Below are positions 40,334-49,884 of a DNA stretch of 64,000 nucleotides, in pieces (positions within the stretch are counted from its first letter, which is position 1; every line of letters begins with the position of its first letter). The stretch comes from Phycisphaerae bacterium. GTDB lineage: Bacteria > Planctomycetota > Phycisphaerae > UBA1845 > Fen-1342. The stretch is taken from positions 32,001 to 96,000 of the forward strand of contig CAXXTC010000005.1 of assembly GCA_963666925.2 (NCBI GenBank). Reading direction: 5' to 3'. The notes below the pieces were generated by a model. It did no database searches. It had not been told where the DNA came from and saw nothing but the letters and a program-made list of their open reading frames with translations. The translations under genes were made by a program, and so were the position numbers.

Positions 40334-40565
40334 CGGCGTTAGGGAATGGCCCGCAGTTGGCGGGCTGGCGGCGACCTGGGGGGCGCAGGCGAGGCAAATA
40401 GCGTAACGTGGGGCGGAACTGGCGCGTGGAGCGTGCGTGAACGGGGGATTCAGGGTATAAGGTGGGTTTGCAATTTGCGCGCTGCTGGCGGGAAGAGGGT
40501 CGCCGGCACAAGGAAGCGTGCTGTCGCTTGACTTGGGCGAGCCCCGATCGAGAGAGGACGACATC

Positions 40566-40838
40566 ATGTGCCTGGCCGTTCCGGGCAAGGTGCTTGAGTG
40601 CGAGGCTGATGAGGCCTTGATTGACCTGCAAGGCAACCGGCTTAAGGTCAGCAAGGTGCTCACGCCTGAAGTTGAGCCGGGGGATTGGGTGCTGGTGCAC
40701 GCCGGCTTCGCCATCTCCACGTTGGACGAGCAGGAAGCCCTCGAAACGTGGGACTACCTGCAACAGGCGTTTGGCGAAGACCTGGCAGGCCTGCACGACC
40801 CGGCCCCTCCGTCCGCCACGGAGAACCCCCCGACGTGA
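40566..40838 (+). CDS. hypC: Hydrogenase maturation chaperone HypC
   Basis: MCLAVPGKV, GDWVLVHAGFAI. Confidence 0.97.
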   Translation: MCLAVPGKVLECEADEALIDLQGNRLKVSKVLTPEVEPGDWVLVHAGFAISTLDEQEALETWDYLQQAFGEDLAGLHDPAPPSATENPPT

Positions 40839-41923
40839 CTGCCGACCTCGCCCAGGCCCGCAGGGAGTTACACGAGCTCTGCTCCGGGTATGCGCAGCGC
40901 ATCCAGGTCATGGAAGTTTGCGGCACACATACGGTGGCGATCTTCCGCAGCGGTTTGCGCTCACTGCTACCCGCGAACCTGCGGCTGGTGAGCGGGCCGG
41001 GCTGCCCGGTGTGCGTCACCGCGCAACGCCACGTGGACGCCGCCCTGGAATTGGCCGGCCGACCGGAAGTATTGCTGGCAACCTACGGCGACATGGTGCG
41101 CGTGCCGGGCGGAGCAGGCAGCCTGGAGCAGTTGCGGGCACGCGGGGCGCGGGTACACGTGATCAACTCGGCCCGCACGGCACTCGAGCTGGTCCGTAAA
41201 CATCCGGACCAACAGGTGGTGCTGCTGGGCGTGGGGTTTGAAACGACCGCGCCGGCGACGGCGGCTACCGTGCTGGAAGCTGACCGCGACAACCTCACGA
41301 ATTTCAGCGTGCTGATGTGCCACAAGCTGGTGGTGCCGGCCATGCAGGCGCTGTTGCAGGCGGGGGATGTGCCGCTGGATGGGTTCCTGGCGCCGGGGCA
41401 CGTCAGCGTGATTATCGGAACGCAGGCCTACGGGCCGGTGGTGCAGGATCACGGACGGCCGGTGGTAGTGGCCGGGTTTGAGCCACAACAGATCATCAGC
41501 GGATTGCTGTACCTGGTGCGGCAGATCGTCGCGGGGCGGGCCGAGATTGAGAACGTATATGCCGGCGTGGTGAGCGATGACGGCAACCGCGTGGCGCAGG
41601 AGATGATCGAGCGGGTTTTCGTGGTGGCGAACGCTCCGTGGCGCGAGTTGGGGACGATTCCGCAATCGGGGCTGGAGTTGGCGCCGGCGTATCGGCGGTT
41701 TGATGCGTTGGAACGGTTCGGGGTCGAGCTGGGGCCCGACGAGACTCATCCGCTGTGCCGGTGTGGCGAGGTCATTACCGGGCGGGCGGAGCCGATCGAA
41801 TGCCCGGCGTTCGCCGACCCATGCACGCCACTGAACCCGATCGGGCCCTGCATGGTGAGCAGCGAGGGGACCTGTGCGGCCTGGTACAAGTACAACCGGG
41901 CAGCGGCCATGCCACTGAGGTAG
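40835..41923 (+). CDS. hypD: Hydrogenase maturation protein HypD
   Basis: EVCGTHT, GPGCPVC, GFETT, PGHVS, GPCMVSSEGTC. Confidence 0.97.
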   Translation: MTADLAQARRELHELCSGYAQRIQVMEVCGTHTVAIFRSGLRSLLPANLRLVSGPGCPVCVTAQRHVDAALELAGRPEVLLATYGDMVRVPGGAGSLEQLRARGARVHVINSARTALELVRKHPDQQVVLLGVGFETTAPATAATVLEADRDNLTNFSVLMCHKLVVPAMQALLQAGDVPLDGFLAPGHVSVIIGTQAYGPVVQDHGRPVVVAGFEPQQIISGLLYLVRQIVAGRAEIENVYAGVVSDDGNRVAQEMIERVFVVANAPWRELGTIPQSGLELAPAYRRFDALERFGVELGPDETHPLCRCGEVITGRAEPIECPAFADPCTPLNPIGPCMVSSEGTCAAWYKYNRAAAMPLR

Positions 41924-41925
41924 CG

Positions 41926-42972
41926 ATGAGCACGACGCCGACAACCAGCGACGGGCGCGACCGGGTGGTGTTGGCCCACGGCGGCGGGGGCGAGTTGATG
42001 GGTCGGCTAATCCGCGAGCACCTGGTTCAGCCGCTGCGAAACGACCTGCTGGACGCGCTGACGGACGGCGTGTGCATCGACTGGCCGGACGGGCAGGTGG
42101 TGTTCACGACTGATTCGTATGTCGTTACGCCGCTGGAGTTTCCGGGCGGCGACATCGGTCGGCTGGCGGTCGCGGGGACGGTCAATGACCTAGCAGTGAT
42201 GGGCGCGGAGCCGATGGCATTGAGCCTGGGGCTGATCCTGGAAGAGGGTTTGCCGCTGGAGGTGCTGGACCGGATCGTGGGGTCGATCGCGCGGACGGCC
42301 GACGAGGCCAGCGTGCGGGTGGTCACCGGTGACACCAAGGTCATCGAGCGGCGCGGCGGCGGCGAGGAGCACCGGGCCGGCATGTTCATCAACACGGCGG
42401 GCGTTGGTCGGCCGCGGGCGAACGTGAAACTCGGGCTGGAGCGGGTTGAGCCGGGCGATGTGGTGCTGCTCAATGGCACGCTGGCCGATCACGGGCTAAC
42501 GGTGATGTCGGTACGGGAGGGGATCGAGTTTGAATCGGCGCTGCGGAGTGATGCAGCACCGTTGAACGGGCTGCTGGCGGCGGCGTTGGCGGCGGGGGAT
42601 GTGAAATTCGTTCGCGACGCAACGCGGGGCGGGGTGGCCGGCGTGCTGGCGGATATTGCCGAGAGCTGCCAGTTAAGCGTGGAGATCGACGAGGCGGCGC
42701 TGCCGATAGGGACGACGGCCCGCCATGCGGCCGAGATGCTCGGCCTGGACCCGCTGACCGTGGCAAATGAGGGCAAATGCGTGCTGGTGGTTGCAGCGGA
42801 TGCGGCGGAGCGGGTACTGACAGCGTGCCGGGAGCACGAGCTGGGCCGGCAGGCGGCGATTATCGGACGAGTGTCGGAGCAGGCGCCCCCGCTGGTGGAG
42901 CTGGTCACGCGGATTGGTGGTCGGCGTGTGGTGCAGCGGCCCTATGGCGAGGAGCTGCCGCGGATCTGTTGA
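41926..42972 (+). CDS. hypE: Hydrogenase maturation protein HypE
   Basis: LAHGGGG, FPGGDIG, VTGDTKV, RDATRGG, C-terminal LPRIC. Confidence 0.97.
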   Translation: MSTTPTTSDGRDRVVLAHGGGGELMGRLIREHLVQPLRNDLLDALTDGVCIDWPDGQVVFTTDSYVVTPLEFPGGDIGRLAVAGTVNDLAVMGAEPMALSLGLILEEGLPLEVLDRIVGSIARTADEASVRVVTGDTKVIERRGGGEEHRAGMFINTAGVGRPRANVKLGLERVEPGDVVLLNGTLADHGLTVMSVREGIEFESALRSDAAPLNGLLAAALAAGDVKFVRDATRGGVAGVLADIAESCQLSVEIDEAALPIGTTARHAAEMLGLDPLTVANEGKCVLVVAADAAERVLTACREHELGRQAAIIGRVSEQAPPLVELVTRIGGRRVVQRPYGEELPRIC

Positions 42973-43001
42973 GTGTGAGCGTGCTTTGAGAGTTGGTCGC
43001 G

Positions 43002-43364
43002 ATGCACGAACTATCGATAGCTACACAACTTATGGACCAGGTGCTGCGGGTGGCGGGCGAAAACGACGCCGGACGCGTGGTCGAGGTTGAGGTGCATTGC
43101 GGGGTGATGCAGCAGGTAGTGCCGGAAGCGCTGGAGATGGCGTTTGAGGCGGTGGCGGCGGGCACGGTTGCGGAAGGCAGCCGACTGGTAATCGTTGAGG
43201 ACGCGATGCGGGCGCGTTGCCGGGTTTGTGGGCACGAGTATGAGCCGAACATTGATGATTTTCTCTGTCCGAAATGCAGCCAAGCGAACGCGGAACTGCT
43301 GGTAGGACAAGACATTGTATTGCAGACGGTGATCTGCGAAACGGAAGACAGGGCGAAGCTATGA
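43002..43364 (+). CDS. hypA: Nickel metallochaperone HypA
   Basis: MHELSI, CRVC...CPKC. Confidence 0.97.
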   Translation: MHELSIATQLMDQVLRVAGENDAGRVVEVEVHCGVMQQVVPEALEMAFEAVAAGTVAEGSRLVIVEDAMRARCRVCGHEYEPNIDDFLCPKCSQANAELLVGQDIVLQTVICETEDRAKL

Positions 43365-44038
43365 AGGTCAAGGTCGTTGAAAGCGTATTGAAGGCCAACG
43401 ATGCGGTGGCCCGCGAGAATCGTCGGCGGATGGATGCGGCGGGAGTGCTGGCGATCAACATCACCAGCGCGCCGGGCAGTGGCAAGACGGCGTTGCTGGA
43501 GCGAACCATCCCGGCGCTGGGCCCGGAAGCGCGGTGCGCGGTGCTGGTGGGCGACTTGCAGACGACGCGTGATGCGGAGCGGCTGGGCGCGGTGGCGGCG
43601 GAGACGGTGCAGATCAACACGGGGCGGGGCTGTCACTTGTCGGCGCCACAGGTCAACGAGGGGCTGGACAGCCTCGATTTGAGCGGGATCCAGTTCCTCT
43701 TCATCGAGAATGTGGGGAACATGGTTTGCCCGGCCGCGGTGGACCTGGGCGAGCACCTGCGGGTGGTGCTGCTAAGCGTGCCGGAGGGGGACGATAAGGT
43801 GGCGAAATACCCAACTCTGTTTCAACCGGCGGATGCGGTGCTGCTAACGAAGCAGGATCTGGTGGGTGTGCTTGACTGGGATCGGGCAAAAGTATATGAA
43901 GATCTTTCTCGGCTTAACACGCGTGCGACGCTGATCGAGTGCTCGCAGAAGACCGGTCAGGGGATGGAACAGTGGCTGGATTGGCTGCGTGAGCAGCGTC
44001 GGCAGCGTGCAAGCGGCGAATCGTCGGCGGGGGTCTGA
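43361..44038 (+). CDS. hypB: Nickel-insertion GTPase HypB
   Basis: SAPGSGKT, GCHL, IENVGNMVCPA, EGDDKVAKYP. Confidence 0.97.
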   Translation: MKVKVVESVLKANDAVARENRRRMDAAGVLAINITSAPGSGKTALLERTIPALGPEARCAVLVGDLQTTRDAERLGAVAAETVQINTGRGCHLSAPQVNEGLDSLDLSGIQFLFIENVGNMVCPAAVDLGEHLRVVLLSVPEGDDKVAKYPTLFQPADAVLLTKQDLVGVLDWDRAKVYEDLSRLNTRATLIECSQKTGQGMEQWLDWLREQRRQRASGESSAGV

Positions 44039-44041
44039 AAT

Positions 44042-44173
44042 ACCCGGTGCAATCACCGGGTGATGTCGGTACTGGAAGCGGTACGCGACGATGAGCAGCT
44101 TTTTTTGTGGTTTCCGGAAGCGCGACATCGCTGGATGAGGGTCGCGTACCGGCCGGAGCCGTTGGGGCTTCGG
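44042..44173 (+). promoter_or_regulatory. Structured hypB-hoxF intergenic leader (function unknown)
   Basis: Several inverted-repeat pairs (8, 7, 11 and 8 bp) and a T7 run. Confidence 0.45.
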
Positions 44174-44236
44174 CGCGGGATTCACGGACGAGTACGATAG
44201 GGCAACAGGAACAGGCTCGCAGGATCGAGGTAATTC

Positions 44237-46048
44237 ATGAGCGAAAATCTCGAAGGAGCCGTCAAGGAAATCTGTCAGGCATGCGGCCAGGATCGGACGC
44301 GCATGATGGATATTGTCCGGGCGGTGCAGGAGCGTTTCGGGTGTGTCTCGAGCGAGGCAATGGACCTGATCGCGAAGACGGTCAACGTCCACCGAGTCGA
44401 AGTGGCCAGCGTGGTGTCTTTCTACGCGTTCCTCTCGGACCGGCCCAAGGGCCGAGTGGTCATTCGGCTGTGTGACGACATCATCGATTCGATGTACGGC
44501 GCTGAGCAGGTGCAGGCCGCTTTCGAGCAGGAGTTGGGCATCAAGGTCGGACAGACCACGCCCGATGGCCGGATCAGCCTGGAACACACGGCGTGCATCG
44601 GCATGTGCGACCAGGCGCCGGCGGCGCTGGTCAACGACGTCGTGGTGACCAGCCTGACTCCGGAGACGGCGACGGCCATGGCGCGTGAGTTGAAGCAGCA
44701 CCTGGACCCGCAGCGTCTGGTGCAGAAGCCCGGCGACGGCAACAACGCACACAAGCTGGTGCAGTCGATGGTGCAGAACAATCTGCGTCAGCCCGGGCCG
44801 GTGATCTTCAGCCCGATGAACCGGGCGGAAGCGATCAAGCGGGCGATCGCCCAAACGCCGGCGGAAGTTATTCGGGCAGTCAAGACTTCGCGTCTGCGTG
44901 GTCGTGGCGGGGCCGGCTTCCCGACCGGGATGAAGTGGGAATTCACGCGGGCAGCCCCCGGCGAGAAGCGTGTGGTGATCTGCAACGCGGACGAGGGTGA
45001 GCCGGGCACGTTCAAGGATCGCGTGCTGCTGACTGAGCGGGCGGACCGGGTGTTCGCGGGCATGACGATCGCCGGCTACGCGGTCGGTGCCGACACGGGC
45101 ATCCTGTACCTGCGGGCTGAATACGCTTATCTGCGGGCGTTCCTTGAGGACGTGTTGCAGCAACGGCGTCAGGAGAACCTGCTGGGCCTGAACATCTGCG
45201 GCAAGCAGGACTTCAACTTCGACATCCGCATTCAGATGGGGGCGGGGGCGTATGTCTGTGGCGAAGAAACGGCACTGATCAGCTCCTGCGAGGGACTGCG
45301 CGGTGACCCGAAGAACCGCCCGCCGTTCCCGGCCCAGAAGGGCTACTTGGATCGGCCCACGGTGGTCAACAACGTCGAGACGCTGTGCTGCGTAACCAAG
45401 ATCCTCGAAGAAGGGTCGGCGGCGTTCTGCGAGCACGGCACACAGGGCAGCACCGGCACCAAGGTGCTGAGCATCTCGGGCGATTGCCAGAAGCCGGGCG
45501 TCTACGAAGTACCCTTCGGCATCACGCTGAGCGAGATGCTGAAGATGGTCGGCGCTGCGGACGCCCACGCGGTGCAGGTCGGCGGACCGAGCGGGCAGAT
45601 GCTCGGGTCGGCAGACTTTAGCCGGACAATCTGCTTCGACGACGTAGCGACGGGCGGCTCGGTAATGGTGTTCGGGCCGCAGCGCAACGTGCTCCACGTG
45701 GCGGAGCGGTTCATGGACTTCTTCATCGAAGAGAGCTGCGGCTACTGCACGCCGTGCCGAGTGGGCAACGTGCTGTTGAAAGAGCGGCTGGTGAAGATTC
45801 AGAACGGTCAGGGCCAGCCGGAGGATCTGAGCTATCTTCAGGACCTGGGCGAGACGATCAAGGTGACCAGCCGTTGCGGGCTGGGCCAGACGTCGGCGAA
45901 CCCGGTGCTGACGACGCTGAAGAACTTCCGCGATCAATACGAGTCACTGGTGAAGGAGTCGGCGGAAGGTCTGCAACCGTCATTTGATCTCCAGGCGGCG
46001 GTTAGTGATGCGGCCACGGTCACGGGTCGCCAGGCTGAGCAGGTATAA
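44237..46048 (+). CDS. hoxF: NAD-reducing hydrogenase diaphorase subunit HoxF (NuoE-like + NuoF)
   Basis: LRGRGGAGF, NADEGEPG, GAGAYVCGEETAL, ESCGYCTPC...RCGLG; 603 aa. Confidence 0.93.
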   Translation: MSENLEGAVKEICQACGQDRTRMMDIVRAVQERFGCVSSEAMDLIAKTVNVHRVEVASVVSFYAFLSDRPKGRVVIRLCDDIIDSMYGAEQVQAAFEQELGIKVGQTTPDGRISLEHTACIGMCDQAPAALVNDVVVTSLTPETATAMARELKQHLDPQRLVQKPGDGNNAHKLVQSMVQNNLRQPGPVIFSPMNRAEAIKRAIAQTPAEVIRAVKTSRLRGRGGAGFPTGMKWEFTRAAPGEKRVVICNADEGEPGTFKDRVLLTERADRVFAGMTIAGYAVGADTGILYLRAEYAYLRAFLEDVLQQRRQENLLGLNICGKQDFNFDIRIQMGAGAYVCGEETALISSCEGLRGDPKNRPPFPAQKGYLDRPTVVNNVETLCCVTKILEEGSAAFCEHGTQGSTGTKVLSISGDCQKPGVYEVPFGITLSEMLKMVGAADAHAVQVGGPSGQMLGSADFSRTICFDDVATGGSVMVFGPQRNVLHVAERFMDFFIEESCGYCTPCRVGNVLLKERLVKIQNGQGQPEDLSYLQDLGETIKVTSRCGLGQTSANPVLTTLKNFRDQYESLVKESAEGLQPSFDLQAAVSDAATVTGRQAEQV

Positions 46049-46073
46049 GCTTACAGACCAAGAGGACACAGAT

Positions 46074-46793
46074 ATGAGTGCTGAAATCGTATTCACGATT
46101 GATGGTCAGGAGATCAAGGGGCGTCCCGGCCAGACGATTCTGGAGGCGGCGGAGCAGGCCGGCAAGTACATCCCGCGGCTGTGCTACATGAAAGGACTGG
46201 TCCCGCACGGTAGCTGCCGGGTATGCACCTGCTTGGTGAACGGCCGACCGCAGAGCGCGTGCACGCAGCCGATCGCGCCGGGCATGGTGGTGGAGAGCGA
46301 CACTGAGAAGGTCACGGCCTACCGTAAGAATCTCGTCGAGATGCTGTTTGTGGAAGGCAACCACTTCTGCATGTTCTGCGAGAAGAGCGGCAACTGCGAG
46401 TTGCAGGCGCTGGCGTATCGCTTCGGCGTAACGGCTCCGAAGTATCCGTACCTGTTCCCCAACCGGGACGTGGACGCGTCGCACCCGGACATTTTCATCG
46501 ATCGCAACCGCTGCATCCTGTGCGGGCGGTGCGTGCGGGCGTCGCGCGACCTGGACGGCAAGCACGTGTTCGAGTTTGTCGGGCGCGGTCCGCAGAAGCG
46601 TGTGGCGGTGAACGCGGAAGCCCGCCTGGCGGACACCAATCTGGACGTGACCGACAAGGCCGTCGAGGCCTGTCCGGTCGGCGCGATCCTGAAGAAGCGT
46701 GTTGGGTACGCGACCCCCATCGGTCAGCGGATGTATGACACGAAGCCGATCGGTTCGGATATTGAAAAAGGCGCGGAAGCGACTGCGAAGTAG
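46074..46793 (+). CDS. hoxU: Diaphorase Fe-S subunit HoxU
   Basis: IPRLC, GSCRVC, HFCMFCEKSGNCELQ, RCILCGRCVR, ACPVGA. Confidence 0.95.
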   Translation: MSAEIVFTIDGQEIKGRPGQTILEAAEQAGKYIPRLCYMKGLVPHGSCRVCTCLVNGRPQSACTQPIAPGMVVESDTEKVTAYRKNLVEMLFVEGNHFCMFCEKSGNCELQALAYRFGVTAPKYPYLFPNRDVDASHPDIFIDRNRCILCGRCVRASRDLDGKHVFEFVGRGPQKRVAVNAEARLADTNLDVTDKAVEACPVGAILKKRVGYATPIGQRMYDTKPIGSDIEKGAEATAK

Positions 46794-46807
46794 AGAGGAA
46801 CATAACC

Positions 46808-47353
46808 ATGGCCAAACCGAAAATAGCTACGACGTCGCTGGCCGGGTGCTTCGGCTGTCACATGTCGCTTCTGGACATTGACGACCGCATCCTGAAGCTG
46901 GTCGAGCTGGTTGATTTTGACAAGTCGCCGGTGAATGACATCAAGGAGTTCACCGGGCGCTGCGCCGTTGGTCTGATCGAGGGCGGCTGCTGCAACGCGG
47001 AGAACGTACACGTTTTGCAGGATTTCCGCCGGCACTGCGACATTCTGATCAGCGTCGGCGATTGCGCGATCATGGGTGGGATACCGGCGTTGCGGAACAC
47101 GATTCCCCTGAAGGAATGCCTAGACGAAGCGTTCCTGAACGGGCCAAGCGTGCACAACCCCAGCGGGCAGCTCCCCAACGATCCGGAGATCCCGCTGCTG
47201 CTGAACCAAGTATATCCGTGCCACGAAGTCGTGAAGATCGACTATCACCTTCCGGGCTGCCCGCCGCCGGCGGACACGCTGTGGGAGGCGCTGGTGGCAT
47301 TGCTGAGTGATAAACCCGTGGATCTGCCGTACGAACTGGTCAAGTACGACTAA
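46808..47353 (+). CDS. hoxY: [NiFe]-hydrogenase small subunit HoxY
   Basis: GCFGCHMS, EGG, GDCA, PGCPP; short single-cluster form, 181 aa. Confidence 0.95.
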   Translation: MAKPKIATTSLAGCFGCHMSLLDIDDRILKLVELVDFDKSPVNDIKEFTGRCAVGLIEGGCCNAENVHVLQDFRRHCDILISVGDCAIMGGIPALRNTIPLKECLDEAFLNGPSVHNPSGQLPNDPEIPLLLNQVYPCHEVVKIDYHLPGCPPPADTLWEALVALLSDKPVDLPYELVKYD

Positions 47354-47367
47354 TCCGCTGCGGAGGT

Positions 47368-48843
47368 ATGAACGTGTCTGCAACGACAACCAACGGTCTG
47401 AAACGTATCGTGATCCAGCCGGTGACCCGGGTCGAGGGTCACGGCAAGGTGACGATTCTGCTGGATGAGAACAAGCAAGTGCAGCAGGCCCGGCTGCACA
47501 TCGTGGAGTTTCGCGGATTTGAGCGGTTTATCCAGGGACGCCCGTTCTGGGAGGTCCCTGTGCTGGTGCAGCGGCTGTGCGGGATCTGCCCGGTGAGCCA
47601 CCACCTGGCAGCCGCCAAGGCGATGGACCGCATCGTGGGCGTGGACGAGATCTCGCCGACGGCGGAGAAGGTGCGTCGGCTGATGCACTACGGGCAGCAG
47701 TTCCAATCGCACTCGCTGCACTTCTTCCACCTGTGCTCGCCCGACCTGCTGTTCGGCTTTGATGCCGACCCGGCGATCCGCAACGTCATCGGCGTGGCGG
47801 CGAAGTTCCCCGAGCTGGCCGTGCAGGGCGTGATGATGCGCAAGTACGGGCAGGAATGCATCCGGGTTACCGCGGGCAAGAAGATCCACGGCACCGGTGC
47901 GATTCCGGGCGGGGTCAACAAGAACGTGTCGATCGCGGAACGTGACTTCCTGCTGAAGGATCTTGATCAGCAAATCGAATGGTCACGCGGTGCGCTCAAG
48001 ATCGCCAAGGATTACACGGTCGAGAACCTGGAGAAGATTGCCCCGTTCGGGTCGTTCGATTCGAACCACCTGTCGCTGATTCGCGCCGACGGTGCCATGG
48101 ATCTGTACCACGGCAACCTGCGGGCGATCGACAAGGACGGCAACAAGATCTTCGACCAGGTCGATTACTCGAAGTACCTCGACTACATCATGGAAGAAGT
48201 ACGGCCCTGGTCGTACATGAAGTTCCCGTTCATCAAGTCGCTCGGCCCGGAGACGGGCTGGTATCGCGTGGGTCCGCTGGCGCGGATCAACGCCTGTGAC
48301 TTCATCGATACGCCTGAGGCCGAGGCCGCCCGCAAGGAATTCATGGCGGTCACGGACAACAAGCCGAACAACCTGACGATGGCCTATCACTGGGCGCGGA
48401 TGATCGAGCTGTTGCACTCGATCGAGAAGATCCGCGACCTGCTGAATGACAAGGACCTGCAAGGCACCGATCTGGTGGTGACCGGTGAGCGGCGCGGCGA
48501 GGCGGTCGGCCTGATCGAGGCCCCGCGTGGCACGCTGTTCCACCACTACAAGGTCAACGACAACGACCAGGTGACGATGGCGAACCTGATCGTCTCGACG
48601 ACGAACAACAACGAGCCGATGAATCGGGCCGTCCGGAAGGTCTGCGAGGACCATCTCCAGGGCGTGGAAATCACCGAGGGTCTGCTCAACCACGTCGAGG
48701 TGGCGATCCGGGCGTACGATCCGTGCCTGTCGTGTGCGACACACGCCCTGGGCCAGATGCCGCTGGTGATCGAGCTGATCGACCACGATGGGCAGGTGAT
48801 TTCGCGCAAGGCCAAGGGTGGTGCGCCGGCAGAACTGAAGTAG
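47368..48843 (+). CDS. hoxH: [NiFe]-hydrogenase large subunit HoxH (group 3d)
   Basis: RVEGHGK, L1 RLCGICPVSH, EAPRG, L2 DPCLSCATH plus a cleavable C-terminal extension. Confidence 0.96.
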   Translation: MNVSATTTNGLKRIVIQPVTRVEGHGKVTILLDENKQVQQARLHIVEFRGFERFIQGRPFWEVPVLVQRLCGICPVSHHLAAAKAMDRIVGVDEISPTAEKVRRLMHYGQQFQSHSLHFFHLCSPDLLFGFDADPAIRNVIGVAAKFPELAVQGVMMRKYGQECIRVTAGKKIHGTGAIPGGVNKNVSIAERDFLLKDLDQQIEWSRGALKIAKDYTVENLEKIAPFGSFDSNHLSLIRADGAMDLYHGNLRAIDKDGNKIFDQVDYSKYLDYIMEEVRPWSYMKFPFIKSLGPETGWYRVGPLARINACDFIDTPEAEAARKEFMAVTDNKPNNLTMAYHWARMIELLHSIEKIRDLLNDKDLQGTDLVVTGERRGEAVGLIEAPRGTLFHHYKVNDNDQVTMANLIVSTTNNNEPMNRAVRKVCEDHLQGVEITEGLLNHVEVAIRAYDPCLSCATHALGQMPLVIELIDHDGQVISRKAKGGAPAELK

Positions 48844-48855
48844 GTTGAGGTTTTC

Positions 48856-49386
48856 GTGGTGGAGCAGCGATTCGACAAGGTGCTGGTAATCGGGTTCGGG
48901 AACCCGGGTCGTCGTGATGATGGCCTGGGCCCGGCCTTGGTCGCGATGCTTGAGGCGGAAGATCTGCCGGGCGTCGCGCTGGATGCCGACTATCAGCTTA
49001 CGGTCGAAGATGCGGCCGAGGTGGCGGCGCACGACGCGGTGGTTTTTGTGGACGCCTCGTGCAACGGTGCGGAGCCGATGGAGTTTCAGCAGCTCCAGCC
49101 GCGGTCGGCCGACGCCACCAGTTTCTCCACCCACAGCGTGAAGCCGGAAGGAGTGTTGGCGCTGGCGGAGTCGCTGTTCGGCTCGGCGGCGCCGGGTTTC
49201 ATGCTGGGTATACGCGGATATGAGTTCAACGAGTTCGGCGAGGGGTTGTCGGATCGGGCGGCGGCCAACCTGGCAGCGGCGCGTGACTTCCTCTTGCCGG
49301 TATTGCGTAAACGTTCGTTCTGGGACGCGGTCCCGGTTGCTGGCGGCGAGCCGGCCGTAACCGGGCCACAGACCGGGGACATCTAA
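48856..49386 (+). CDS. hoxW: Hydrogenase maturation protease
   Basis: IGFGNPGRRDDGLG, VFVDA, FSTH; follows hoxH. Confidence 0.9.
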   Translation: MVEQRFDKVLVIGFGNPGRRDDGLGPALVAMLEAEDLPGVALDADYQLTVEDAAEVAAHDAVVFVDASCNGAEPMEFQQLQPRSADATSFSTHSVKPEGVLALAESLFGSAAPGFMLGIRGYEFNEFGEGLSDRAAANLAAARDFLLPVLRKRSFWDAVPVAGGEPAVTGPQTGDI

Positions 49387-49760
49387 TGCAAGACGGAAAG
49401 CACGTAATTCTCTGTGTGGACGACGATCAGGACCTGTTGGACGCGCTGCGCCTGGTTCTGGAGAAAAGCGGTTACACCATGATCGGCGCGCGCAGCGGCG
49501 AGGAAGGGCTAGAGCTGTACAAGAACTCCGCCCCGGATCTCATCATCGTCGACCTGATGATGGAAGAGGTGGATGCCGGTACAAACCTGGTGCGCAATCT
49601 CAAGGCTGAGGGTAACACCAAGCCGGTGTACATGCTCAGCTCGGTCGGCGACCAGGTGAATATGAACATCGACTACAACGAGCTGGGTCTGAGCGGCGTA
49701 TTTCAGAAGCCGATCGACAACCAGCAGTTGCTCTCGGTGCTGAAGACGAAGCTCGGGTAG
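49386..49760 (+). CDS. Single-domain (CheY-like) response regulator
   Basis: CVDDD, IIVDLMME, MLSS, QKP; TAATG overlap with hoxW. Confidence 0.93.
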   Translation: MQDGKHVILCVDDDQDLLDALRLVLEKSGYTMIGARSGEEGLELYKNSAPDLIIVDLMMEEVDAGTNLVRNLKAEGNTKPVYMLSSVGDQVNMNIDYNELGLSGVFQKPIDNQQLLSVLKTKLG

Positions 49761-49884
49761 TCCGTTTCCCACCCCGTGTTGTGTAACGGGATGGGGCACC
49801 CATGCCGAGTGACGGCGACATTCATGGGGACACGATCGAGCGCGCAGGGCGTTCTCGGTCGTGTCCCCGTGTTATGCGCGGGTT

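Noticed and set aside
40463..40480. GG-N10-GC sigma54-like motif upstream of hypC
   Set aside because: Poor match to TGGCAC and no enhancer-binding protein in the window
43844..45937. 697-aa minus-strand ORF, and similar long ORFs (24703-26517 +, 20979-22430 +, 36188-37597 +, 51510-53273 -, 49703-51376 -, 29-616 +)
   Set aside because: Antisense or alternate-frame shadows of well-supported genes in high-GC DNA, with no recognisable motifs
46808..48843. Selenocysteine ([NiFeSe]) recoding
   Set aside because: All ligand positions are ordinary Cys codons, with no in-frame TGA
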